Origin: Histomonas meleagridis 2922-C6/04-290x | Taxonomy: Eukaryota > Protista > Parabasalia | Reading direction: 5' to 3' | Assembly (NCBI GenBank): GCA_020184695.1 | Contig: JAANOX010000233.1 | Coordinates: 124,001-188,000, forward strand | Length of the DNA: 64,000 nucleotides | In this document: positions 22,683 through 33,840 of the stretch, piece after piece | Numbering within the stretch: position 1 is the stretch's first letter | Layout: every line of letters begins with the position of its first letter | Position numbers and translations under genes: made by a program | The notes under the pieces: generated by a model | What the model saw: only the letters and a program-made list of their open reading frames with translations | Told to the model about the DNA's origin: nothing | The model's database searches: none

Positions 22683-23472
22683 AATTATTAATAGAAATAC
22701 GTATATCAAAATACGATACCATATTAGAAATTATTATGTAAACTCTTTTTTCATGGTTCTTTATAATTTGTAATAATGAGAATTTAATTGCGAAAATAAC
22801 TTTAGAGATTAATGTTTTAGTGATAATATTACAGCAGTCATATTTGAAGATATAATAAAATATAGATTTTGGTATTCAAAATGGAAATGTAGGTATAGTG
22901 ATATGATTTTTATTTCGAAATTTATGATAGATTTGAGATAAGTTCAAAAAATTGTAAAATCATAAAAATTCGAATTTTTCTCTGGACAAAAATATTATTT
23001 AATCTTACATTTTTATAATTATATGTAGAGATAGAAGTTTTTTATTTTTTGATATAAAATAATAAATTGAGAATCGCTAAAGAATGAAATAGATCGATTT
23101 TAATCAATGAAATAAAATTCATTTGCGTGCAATTATATCAATCAATTTGCTAAACGCTTGTTTTTCTATTTGTGAAATTTATGTCGATTTGTATTTTAAT
23201 CATATTTTTGATCAATCTCAGAAATATTTTATATATTTTCATTTTCATAAGATATATATATATATATTTCACCTCTTTTTTTGGGACAATTTCATTTAGT
23301 ATTGATTTGAGACACAGAAGCTATCTCAAGCTGCAAATGCATCCTTAAGTTCATGTTTGAAAAAACTTTATAACTCCTATTGAATAACGAGCTCAGAATT
23401 GTCACTTCTCAATGCATCGTTTTTGAATTGACGACCGTTATTTGACTGCTGCAGCAAATTTTCATATCACTA

Positions 23473-25969
23473 ATGGAACTATCAAAGTCATTGGAAGCCA
23501 TTATTTTTGATCTAAAAGAAGAAAATATTCAAACATCAGTTGAATTAACAATTAATTTATTTAGCGATCATTTTTCACATACATTTAATTATTTTATTGT
23601 TAGATTATTATATTCATATTTTTCATCACGAAATATTAAATATAATATCATTTTTAAATATTTACTCAACTTAACAGCAAAAGAAGAAGAAATTACCAAT
23701 GCTACTCATAATTTGTTTCATATCTTATTCAAATATATTCGCGGAATGCAAAAACAAGAAACATATTTTCTTCTTCAAAAAATGCTTGAACAAGGATTAA
23801 TTAAGCCAACTCAAGTTATTGACATGAAAACATTATATTTTTCTCATTTTAAAACAAAGGAAGAAATAAACGAGATAAATATTCAAGAAGTAAAACCTCC
23901 ATACTTTAAAGAATTCTTATCATCACTTGATGAGCTATCAAGGAATGATTGGGAACTCCATAAAAAACTAATTGAAGAAGGACATAATCCAAATGAAATT
24001 GCGAAAATAATTCGAAATGATGAAATAGAAAAACTTCAAGAAATTTCATCACAAACAAATTTTGATTTTAACCAAACAATAGAACCATCACTTTATGAAA
24101 GATGTTCATTTATTAATAAAGAAAATGTTACATTGATTGATTATGCAGCATATTTTTCTGCTGTTAAATGTTTTAAATTTTTACTTATGAATGGTGCTAA
24201 TGTAAATAGCACAGGTAAATATGCAATTGCAGGTGGAAATGAAGAAATCATACATTTATGTGAACAAAATCATTCATCATTTAAAAATGCATATAGAACG
24301 GCAATTGAATTTCATAAAAGTGATATCTTTAAATATATTTATGAAAGAAAATTAGAAAGAAAAAATGTTGATCTCTTAGGTTTAGGAAAAATATGTTTAA
24401 CATTTAATAATTATGAAGTTCTATCATTTCTTGAAAAAAAAGGAATGAAAATTAATGAGAATTTTATTGAAGAAATTGCATCAAATGGAAATACATTTTT
24501 AATGGAAATCATAATGGAAAAACAACAGATTCCGAAAACAATTTTACCACGATCTGTTATATCAGGAAATATCGAAATAGTTAAGTTCTTATTAGAAAGT
24601 GGAGCTGATATTAATGCTCAAAACATAATCATCATTTCCAATTTATTTTAATTTTTTCAGTCATCACTTTATTTAGCAATTCTATATGATCATAAAGAAA
24701 TAGTCAAATTCTTATTAGAACAAAAAGGAATTAATGTTAATATTAATGATATTTATATTAATGATTCAAAATTTATAATAATGTTTTAATATATGCTTTA
24801 ATAATCTGAAGTTTATTGTAATAATTTTATTTTTATTTTAATAATTTGGAATTTCTTTTAATGATTCTATATTTCTTTTATAAATCTCAAATTTATTTTA
24901 ATAATTTATTCCACCAATTCATTTAGCAGTTCAAAAAGGCGATAAAGAAATAGTCAAATTATTATTAGAACAAAAAGGTATTAATGTTAATATTGATGAT
25001 ATTTCTTATAGTCATTCGGAACTTATTTTAATGTTTTTATATTTCTCTGAATAATTTCTAATTTATTTAAATAATTTTCTTCTCCTCTTCATCGAGCTGC
25101 TTCTAATGGCGATATAGAAATTGTTAAAATGTTTTTAGAACAAAAGGGAGTTAATATTAATATAAGCGATGCTTCGATTAACAATTTAAAATTTAATCTA
25201 ATTTTTTTATGTATATTTCAATAACCCTTCGTATTTTTTGATAATTTGAAACACCACTTGGTTATGCAGCCAAAGATAATCATATCGAAATCGTCAAATT
25301 ATTATTAGAACAAAAGGGAATTGATGCTAATGGACGAGGCGTTTTATTCATTATATTGTAATTTATTTAACACAAACACGACACCACTTTTTTGGGCAAT
25401 TTTGAAAAACAATATCGAAATGGTTAAATTACTTTTAGACCAAAAAGGAATTAAGGTTAATGTACGCAATATTTATTTCAATCTTTTGTAATTTATTTTA
25501 ATAATTTGTTGTATGTTTGAATAAATTTATGATTGTTATAATAATTTGAAGATTTTTTTAATAATTTGGAAATTATTTCATTAACTTCTTACACAACTTG
25601 ATCTTGCTATCAGGAAAGGCTATACAGAAATGGTTCGATTAATATTAGAAAAGAAAGGATTTGATTTTAATGTGGAAAACATTTCATTTAAAAATACCAA
25701 ACGGCGCTTCATGAAGCAGTTGAAAATGGTAATATAGAAATAATTAAATTACTGTTAGAACAAGAAGGAATTGATGTTAATGCAAAAAATATTCATTTGA
25801 ATAATTTAAAATATGTTTTGATAATTTGAATATTATTTTAAATATTTGGAAACAATTGTGTCTTGTTATTTTAAATATTTGGAAACAATTGTTGGAGACA
25901 CCACTTGATATAGCAGTTAAAAAAGGTAATAAAAAAATCATTAATATGTTACAAGAAAAAATGAAATAA
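23473..25969 (+). CDS. DUF3447 + ankyrin-repeat gene with variable numbers of 17-nt spacers (8 repeats)
   Basis: ORF 23473-24651 carries the DUF3447-type core. Ankyrin exons are then separated by 8, 4, 4, 2, 6 and 1 x 20-nt units. The final repeat ETPLDIAVKKGNKKIINMLQEKMK ends at TAA 25967-25969. Confidence 0.82.
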
Positions 25970-26142
25970 TTAACATATCACTAATTTTGAAAATGTTGGA
26001 ACATGGAAAACAAAGGATTTGAAAAAATAATTCATGAATAAACAACAATCACACTTTTATTTACCTAACTTTTTACATAATGCATTGAAAATGTTTTTAG
26101 AGGTCGAAATCCGTTAAGGGTCTACTAAAGAAACGATCAAGC

Positions 26143-26162
26143 TTCACTTTTCGAAAAGTGAA
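26143..26162. repeat. Perfect 20-bp palindrome with AAAAGTG core
   Basis: TTCACTTTTCGAAAAGTGAA. Confidence 0.7.
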
Positions 26163-26541
26163 TAAAAAGGACTTGTTTTTTCGTTTTATTTACCCGAAAA
26201 AAACATTGATAAATAGAAACAAATATTTCCATCTTATTCAGCAAACAAATTGTCAATAAAATTACAAAGATTATGTAACTTGAGAAAATTGACTTTGTTT
26301 GTTCGATTTTTTTGGATTTTTTGGTTGGATTTTCTTTAGTAGATAATTTTATTCATACACAAATTGAATGTTTAAAGCAGATTCCGGAATCAGATTTTTT
26401 TCAGAAAAACTTTATGTGATAAAAATCATTAAACATTCCCTCTTCCATTTTTTACTTAATATTAACGTACGATATTTTACAACAAATAAATTTTCGTAAA
26501 CGGTCGAATAAAAAGTAAGTTAACGTTTTCCAAATCATCAG

Positions 26542-27237
26542 ATGAACTCAGCTGATCACTCAGATCAAATCATATATTGGAAAGGGCAGCTAGAAGAACT
26601 TCGAGGTTCATATATGCAAATGCTTTCTAACACAAATCCTTTATATGCAGAGCAATTATCACAACTTCAACAAAATCATGAAATCAAACTACATGTGATT
26701 AAGCAGAAATATGAAAGTGCCAAAGAACTAATCGAAAAAGATGTGGACAATCAGATTAATGTATTAAAGGAAGAATTACCAGATGTTAAAGATTATACAA
26801 AAAATTTGCTCCAACGAACAATACAGCAACAAGTGGACGATTTAAGAAAAGAATTCCCAGAAGTGTTTTCTTATTTAATGCAACTTGATATTCCATTTAT
26901 CAATGAATTCACCAAAGATTCCGACATTGATCCAATTACGCTAACATTAAATGAAGGACCTCTTTTGTCACCAAAGCGCATCCAAAAGGATATTGAGAAA
27001 TCCCATCAAATTGAATTATATCATTTTGATAATACAAATGGAATGACAAATGGTACTGTTTCATATCAAATTGGTTCAACGATTGTCCTTAAATTTGGTA
27101 GCGCACATCCTGTTAGTGGTGTTGTTACAAATTTGGAGCCAAACTTTTTTGAGTTTCAGCAATCTTCAGCAAGTTCTTCTATAAATATAACATATGAAGC
27201 ATTAAATAGTCGAATTGTAACTGTTGTAAATAAGTAA
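26542..27237 (+). CDS. Coiled-coil protein, possibly Sds3-like (Sin3/HDAC complex)
   Basis: N-terminal heptad region with a TNPLYAEQLSQLQ motif resembling Sds3 HPEY...L..LE. Family call is weak. Confidence 0.55.
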   Translation: MNSADHSDQIIYWKGQLEELRGSYMQMLSNTNPLYAEQLSQLQQNHEIKLHVIKQKYESAKELIEKDVDNQINVLKEELPDVKDYTKNLLQRTIQQQVDDLRKEFPEVFSYLMQLDIPFINEFTKDSDIDPITLTLNEGPLLSPKRIQKDIEKSHQIELYHFDNTNGMTNGTVSYQIGSTIVLKFGSAHPVSGVVTNLEPNFFEFQQSSASSSINITYEALNSRIVTVVNK

Positions 27238-27533
27238 AATGTTATATAAATTTTCTAATAAATTTATTGATTTTCTCATGTTTAAAATCGATTATTCTCT
27301 TATTCATTCCAAAATTGCTTTTAAGTTTGGAAATTAAACATTTTATCTTTGAACTTTAATTATTATGTATTTTTATATTGTATGAGCAAAAGATTGAACA
27401 TCTTTAATAAAAAAATTTCAAGTGCTTAATCACATGAAAATGTGAGTCGTCAAATATATAAAAATTTTTACCTAAAGTATTATTTATTTATAAATTTAAA
27501 ACAAACAATTGTATCAGATATCTGTATCAAAAA

Positions 27534-28511
27534 TCATTTGGATTTCAAATTTTTCTTTTGTTTTTTTCTTTTTACTTTTTTCTTCTCTGTCAAACTTTGC
27601 TGAAACATTTGATTATAAATTTTTCCCATTTCGTTATCGAATTTATTTTTGATAGATAACAAAACGCTATTTTCCTTTTCATTTTCTAATTCCTTTTGAC
27701 TATTCGAAACCAAGTTTTCAATTGATGAAAAACATTTTTGTGTTATCCATTTATGTGATTTGATCTGATCGATTGAAATTCTTTGATTTGGATCCTTTTG
27801 AAGCATTTTTTGCAATAAATCTATTAAGTTTGCACTTAAGTTACGTGAGTACTGTGGGTTATTATAAATAATTTTTTGAATTAATGTCGATGTATCGAAT
27901 GCTGTGAAAGGTAGTTTTTTGTGGACAAGCGAATAAAGCACGACTCCGAGAGACCAAACATCAATTTGCAGTCCGTAATTTTGATTTTTTGCCATTTCAG
28001 GCGCCATAAATTCGAATGACCCACATTTTCCAATTAGTTGTGCGGATTCGGTTTCAAGCATTTTGCTGGACCCATAATCTAGTAACTTAACATAAAGGTT
28101 TGAGTCTATCATTATGTTATCAAGTTTGATGTCTCTATGAATTATGAAAGATTTGTGAAGATATTCAACAACTAAAATCAATTGATAAAAAATATATCTT
28201 GCCTTGTCCTCATCAAGAAGTGGATGAGTATTAATAAAATTAAGAAGTGTTTCTCCAGAACAAAATTCCATTACAATAAAAGAATCAGAATTTACATAGC
28301 TGTCCAAATATTGCACTGAAATCGGATGCAAAATTTTGCTAAAAATTTTAATTTCATTTAAAATTTGTTCATTTATTTTTTGAGAAGAAGATTTTATTTG
28401 TTTGATAGCAACAATTGTATCTTCTAAAATGTCTTTTGCTTTCCAAACGATGGAAAACAGTCCAACATGAATCTTTTCTATGAGTTGGTAATTTTTGCTT
28501 TTATCTTCCAA
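27534..28511 (-). CDS. CAMK-family Ser/Thr kinase (no in-frame ATG at the apparent start)
   Basis: VAIK, HRDIKLDN, DYG, GSFEFMAPE, DVWSLG. The apparent start is TTG preceded by an in-frame TAA. Confidence 0.8.
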   Translation of the reverse strand: MEDKSKNYQLIEKIHVGLFSIVWKAKDILEDTIVAIKQIKSSSQKINEQILNEIKIFSKILHPISVQYLDSYVNSDSFIVMEFCSGETLLNFINTHPLLDEDKARYIFYQLILVVEYLHKSFIIHRDIKLDNIMIDSNLYVKLLDYGSSKMLETESAQLIGKCGSFEFMAPEMAKNQNYGLQIDVWSLGVVLYSLVHKKLPFTAFDTSTLIQKIIYNNPQYSRNLSANLIDLLQKMLQKDPNQRISIDQIKSHKWITQKCFSSIENLVSNSQKELENEKENSVLLSIKNKFDNEMGKIYNQMFQQSLTEKKKVKRKKQKKNLKSK

Positions 28512-28697
28512 TTCCTGTTATCTATCGGCAACAGTTTGAACACCCAATGTTTTGTCACTTTTTATTTCTAATAATTATTAAAAAGTGACCGAATATAGAA
28601 CGTTTATTATTGGTGAAATTCGATTTTTTGAAAATGATTTCAATCAAAACATCAGCTTATAAAACAGAAATTTACCATTTGCCTTTATATTTTATTT

Positions 28698-29414
28698 TTA
28701 TTCAGAATAAGAATCCGATGGTTCACGCCCATACGGGCATGTGTCTCGTATTGGACATTCCTCACATTTTTGTTTCTTTGCGCCACATATAGTCTGTCCA
28801 AAACCAACAATTGCTTCATTCAGTGGAACCCATAGTTCCTTTGGAAAGACCTTTTGTAACTCAGCCTCGGTTTCGTTAGGATTTTTTGTTTTTACCCATC
28901 CGAGGCGATTTGCGATACGATGAACATGAACATCAACTCCAATTCCAACCTGCTTTTCCCAAGCAGTCCCCATTGCAAGCGTTGCCATCTTCAAACCAAC
29001 CCCTGGTAATTTCATCAAAGCATCAAGAGAATCTGGAATATCGCCATCGTAATCGCGTTCGCAAATTTTAGCCACCTCTATAATGCGCTTTGCTTTGTTG
29101 TTAAAGAACGAAACTTTCCGAATGAGATTTTTAACTGTTTCTTCGTTTGCTTTGCTAAGTGAAGAAGGAGTTAATCCACCTTCAAGCGTTTTGAGGTTTT
29201 CAACTGCCTGTGATGTTATCATGTCTTTTGTTTGTGCGCTAAGCATTAATGCAATCAAAGTTTGGAAGCGAAATAATTTAGGATTAGATAGATCACCGAG
29301 TTTACTGCATCCCATTGTATCAACTGGTGCAGCAGATTTCGCCCTAAATTTAATGATTTCTTTGAGTTGCTTGACTGGAAGTGATTCCTCCTTTGAGTCT
29401 TCTTTTTGCTCCAT
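28698..29414 (-). CDS. NTH1: Endonuclease III homolog (HhH-GPD DNA glycosylase, 4Fe-4S)
   Basis: LSAQTKD, LMKLPGVGLKMA, VDVHVHRIANRLGW, CGAKKQKCEECPIRDTC. Confidence 0.95.
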   Translation of the reverse strand: MEQKEDSKEESLPVKQLKEIIKFRAKSAAPVDTMGCSKLGDLSNPKLFRFQTLIALMLSAQTKDMITSQAVENLKTLEGGLTPSSLSKANEETVKNLIRKVSFFNNKAKRIIEVAKICERDYDGDIPDSLDALMKLPGVGLKMATLAMGTAWEKQVGIGVDVHVHRIANRLGWVKTKNPNETEAELQKVFPKELWVPLNEAIVGFGQTICGAKKQKCEECPIRDTCPYGREPSDSYSE

Positions 29415-29887
29415 CTGCTTACAATTTCGCATCACATTTCTTCCATTTACAGACCGTTTAAACAGACATAACCGATTTTTGCGTTCAATTCAAAATTAAA
29501 AAAAGGGATCTCCAGCGATTTTAACCCTGATTTATGTTCACAGTTATTTGTCATAAAGATTCATTAAATATTTTATTTTATAAGGGTTTAAATTTAATGA
29601 TTCTAAACAAGCAAGATTAAAATTTTATTATAGATAATATGTACGAAAAATACTATTTATCGCCGAAAGTAAAACAAAAAATTTTTTCTCTATAAAAATT
29701 TAATCTAAAAACAACATATTTCATTCATTATTTGTGATACCATTGATGATTTTTACATTCTCTTTTGATAAAATATTTAAAAATTAATTAAATATTGATA
29801 GTTGTAAGTTATTACCAAATCTTTAAAAAAAAAAAATAATTTTATCATTGAACAATTTTTATTTTAAGAATTGAAGTGAATAAGTTT

Positions 29888-31558
29888 TTAGTTGGAGTAT
29901 TTTGGAGGTAAGTGTTTACCTTTAAGATACACATAAATAATAATACATGCAATCAGTACACCAATTCCAACTAAACACCCTACTGTAATGAGTATGTATT
30001 TTATTGTTTTTGATTTTTCTAATACTGGTGTTTCCAATGTAGATATATTTGATGTTATATCTTCCGACTTTGATTCTGATATTGAAACTGCTGATGTTAA
30101 TGTTTCTGTTGTTCCTTCTTCTTCTTTTTGTGGAATAATGCAATGTTTTGTTTCTCCAATATTTCCAGAGTTATCAACAGCTGCAATATGGAAATATTTC
30201 ATTCTTTCATTTTCTTTAAAAGCATAAATTGTTTCTTTAACAAATATTTCATCTTTTCCTCCAGAAATTTTTGTTATTTCATTAGTATCAATAACATAAT
30301 AATATCCTTTAATTTTTGTTTCTGCTTCAACAGATTTAATGTCTGATGATTCTATTATGTTCTTAATATCGTTATTCATAAATGCTTCAACTTTGTATTC
30401 AAATTTTTGTCCAATTTCTTTTCCTTCCCATGAAATTTTACCATTATTTGCTTTTAAATTTTCTATTATTGGTGGTGATACATCAATTATGGAATGATCA
30501 ATGCAACTTGTTAAATCCGTCTTTTTTTTCAAAGAAAATATTAAGTTTGTTAAAAGTTTTATTTCTTGAGGGCTAACAATATTTTGAGTAAATCCTATTT
30601 GAATTGTTGCTACATTATTTCCATATGTTGACAAATAATAATATTCATTTCTACCAGGTTTCTGCATATTATCTTTATTTTTTGATCCGATTTCTACCCA
30701 TACATCTCCAATAGAATATGCAGAAAGTACTCGAGTTTCCTCAATATCAAAAAAGCTACCAACTTCACCAATATAATAAGGATACTTTGTAAGTAAACCT
30801 TTTTTCATGATTTTTATTCCAAAAAACGTCTTTTCTCCAATATTCTCTGAAGTATCATAAGGATATGTAACAATACCAAAATGAGATTTAGCAATTGAAA
30901 TTAAGCCTATAGGTTTTTTATTATTTGAATCATAAAATACTTTGCTGAGGATATCATCTCCTGCTATGAAACCACCGCCATTTTCAATATAAGGTAAGAT
31001 ATATTTGGTAACAGAATCTGTTTTGATTGAACGATAACCATTAAATCCCCATGTGCCATACATTATGATATCATAGTCAGATATTTTTCCAGGAGATGAT
31101 TCAAATTCATCAATTGACATGCTTTCAACAATAACAACTTGTTTTTTAGTCATTGGATCCTTTCCATACCCTTCAAACTCAATCTTATTACCTGAACAAA
31201 TGGCACTTCCCCCTTCCATCCAAAGTTTTAACATAGCTGACTTAGGAAGTGTTTTTTGTATTCCATTATTAAAAGTATAATCACATTCCTCAATATTATC
31301 TCTTTTTTTATCAAAATACTTTGATGTTTCTCCTAAGGTAGTTGGTCCAGGATAAACATTAAGAACTTTGATTTCTTGACCCGCATAAGTACTTATTTTA
31401 ATAAAATCTTTTTCACCTAGTGCTCGCTTTAATACTTGATATTGAATGTTATTTCCTTCAATTTTTGTCCAATTAATTTCAACACCATCATAATTACTCT
31501 TTAATGAAATTTGTATGTTTTTGCAATTAACCACTATAAACAGAGCAAATTCTAACAT
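29888..31558 (-). CDS. Type I membrane surface protein with a bacterial-like (Firmicute DUF5057-like) ectodomain
   Basis: N-terminal hydrophobic signal, C-terminal TM helix YILITVGCLVGIGVLIACIIIYVYL. Motifs YDIIMYGTWGFNG, GGGFIAGDD, LTKYPYYIG, TYGNNVATIQIG. Family assignment is from memory. Confidence 0.7.
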   Translation of the reverse strand: MLEFALFIVVNCKNIQISLKSNYDGVEINWTKIEGNNIQYQVLKRALGEKDFIKISTYAGQEIKVLNVYPGPTTLGETSKYFDKKRDNIEECDYTFNNGIQKTLPKSAMLKLWMEGGSAICSGNKIEFEGYGKDPMTKKQVVIVESMSIDEFESSPGKISDYDIIMYGTWGFNGYRSIKTDSVTKYILPYIENGGGFIAGDDILSKVFYDSNNKKPIGLISIAKSHFGIVTYPYDTSENIGEKTFFGIKIMKKGLLTKYPYYIGEVGSFFDIEETRVLSAYSIGDVWVEIGSKNKDNMQKPGRNEYYYLSTYGNNVATIQIGFTQNIVSPQEIKLLTNLIFSLKKKTDLTSCIDHSIIDVSPPIIENLKANNGKISWEGKEIGQKFEYKVEAFMNNDIKNIIESSDIKSVEAETKIKGYYYVIDTNEITKISGGKDEIFVKETIYAFKENERMKYFHIAAVDNSGNIGETKHCIIPQKEEEGTTETLTSAVSISESKSEDITSNISTLETPVLEKSKTIKYILITVGCLVGIGVLIACIIIYVYLKGKHLPPKYSN

Positions 31559-31881
31559 TAAGCGATGTTGACAATAGTTTTTTTTAAGTAAATAAAAGAA
31601 TTGGTTTATAGAAGCAATAAATTAAAGGAACCAAAATTTACTTTTTTTAATAATTCCAACAATAAACATACAAAATTCATATACAAAGTATGCATTCAGT
31701 TTTTGAATATGAATCCGATGATTTTTCATTCATTCGATTCTATCGTTGGGAAACTTTTTTGCAACAACTTTACGATTTTGAAATACGATAAACAATTTCA
31801 TTTATCAGATAAAAATTATTATTCGGATTCAGAAAGTGAAAAACATTCAGAAATTCCATATTTTAACTACCACATTTTCAT

Positions 31882-33108
31882 TCAATTCGATCTCGCAGAC
31901 ATAATCGCGCTCGGCAAGATCTGCGTTGTCTTAAACATTGATCTTTTCTTTATTCTCTTTCTCACTTTCGGCTTTAGTTGCGCTGCTTCCGCGTCATCAG
32001 TTGCGTTACTTTCTTTTCTGTGCTTATGTCTTCTGTGTTTTCGGCCCGAGCTTGCCTCTTCGCTCTCCACGTGTCTGTGGTGGTGTTTCTTCTTCTTATT
32101 TCTTCGCTTCGAGCCGGTGATCAGATTATATGCTTTATTGTAATCGAGGTTCGGTGACGAAGAATGGAGTCCACAAAGATCAACAGACTCATTAATCTCG
32201 AGGTTGCTAATTTCGCGGCCGAAATACTTGTCAACTTGTCGAATAGATACATATCCCTTTTGATCGGTTGGATTGATCTGCTGTGGAATGAAGCTAAGCC
32301 ATGGGTCATTAAGAGCATCCTCAACGGTGTATCTTTCTTCTTGGTTGACGGTCATCAGCATTTTTATCATATGTTGACATTCAGGACTTAAGTTGGAAGG
32401 AATAGCATAACGACCACGACGGATCTGCTGGAAGAGTTGCGTTTGGTTCCTTTTGGTCCAGGGGAGTTGGCCAGTGACCATTGCATATAAAATTACACCA
32501 CAACTCCAAACATCAGTAGTAATGCCATTGTATGGTTGACCACTGATGCACTCTGGAGATGCATAACAAGGGGATCCGCATGGTGTATCAACTAAATTAT
32601 TTTTATCAACAAATTTTGATAGACCGAAATCACTAATTTTGACTTGACCAAATTGATCTATTAATATGTTTTCTGGTTTAAGATCACGATGTGAGACTCC
32701 AATTGAGTGAATATACTGTAGAGTTTCAAGAATTTGGCGGAAAATTGGTTTTGATTCGGATTCTTTAAGATGTTTACGATCGACAATGTACTGAAATAAA
32801 TCGCCGTTAGGACAGAATTCCATAAATACATAATAATTGTCTTCATCACACTTCAAATCTATCATTTGAACAATGCCTGGATGATGAAGCTGCTGATTAA
32901 TTCTAATTTCCAATTCAAAGCGCTCTCTTAAATGTTTCGTATTCAATCTTTTCTTCGGCACAATTTTACATGCATAATATTGATGAGTTTCTTGGTGAAT
33001 ACACAATTTTACTGTTGAAAACGCACCCTCACCGATTGTGCCTTGCATCTTATACGGTCCAACTTCAGGTGGAGAGTGTTGTTTTTCCGTGTCCTGATTG
33101 TTGTCCAT
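31882..33108 (-). CDS. CAMK-family (SNF1/AMPK-like) kinase
   Basis: GEGAFS, HRDLKPEN, DFG, CGSPCYASPE, DVWSCG; basic C-terminal tail. Confidence 0.93.
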   Translation of the reverse strand: MDNNQDTEKQHSPPEVGPYKMQGTIGEGAFSTVKLCIHQETHQYYACKIVPKKRLNTKHLRERFELEIRINQQLHHPGIVQMIDLKCDEDNYYVFMEFCPNGDLFQYIVDRKHLKESESKPIFRQILETLQYIHSIGVSHRDLKPENILIDQFGQVKISDFGLSKFVDKNNLVDTPCGSPCYASPECISGQPYNGITTDVWSCGVILYAMVTGQLPWTKRNQTQLFQQIRRGRYAIPSNLSPECQHMIKMLMTVNQEERYTVEDALNDPWLSFIPQQINPTDQKGYVSIRQVDKYFGREISNLEINESVDLCGLHSSSPNLDYNKAYNLITGSKRRNKKKKHHHRHVESEEASSGRKHRRHKHRKESNATDDAEAAQLKPKVRKRIKKRSMFKTTQILPSAIMSARSN

Positions 33109-33332
33109 TTTGAATATTTGCCTAAGTCTGTTTGATTAAATTGTATACCGAATTCAATTTTTGTGAGAAAAGAGGTTAGTCAATTTTATATAAATTGGAA
33201 CGAAAACAGCCAAGAAAATCTTAGAAACAAACACAACTAGAATGGAACTTAATTGGTTTTATAAAGTAAAATTCTTTTACTAAGAAGCGAAACGAAATAA
33301 AATTCAGAAAAATTTGATATAATATATATTTA

Positions 33333-33641
<309 letters not shown>

Positions 33642-33840
33642 CTAATAAAAATGACTTGAAACCTTCCCGCGAAAATAATGCCGCCAAAAGCAACAAATTG
33701 TTGTCATTTTAGACCCATTAAAATTAAATGAACAAATAAAATCAAACTTTTTTGTATTGTTGTCTTTTTTATATGAAACTTCAAATGTCATTTAATGATG
33801 AAAATATGAAAATTATTATTTTATTCATGATTTATGTTAA

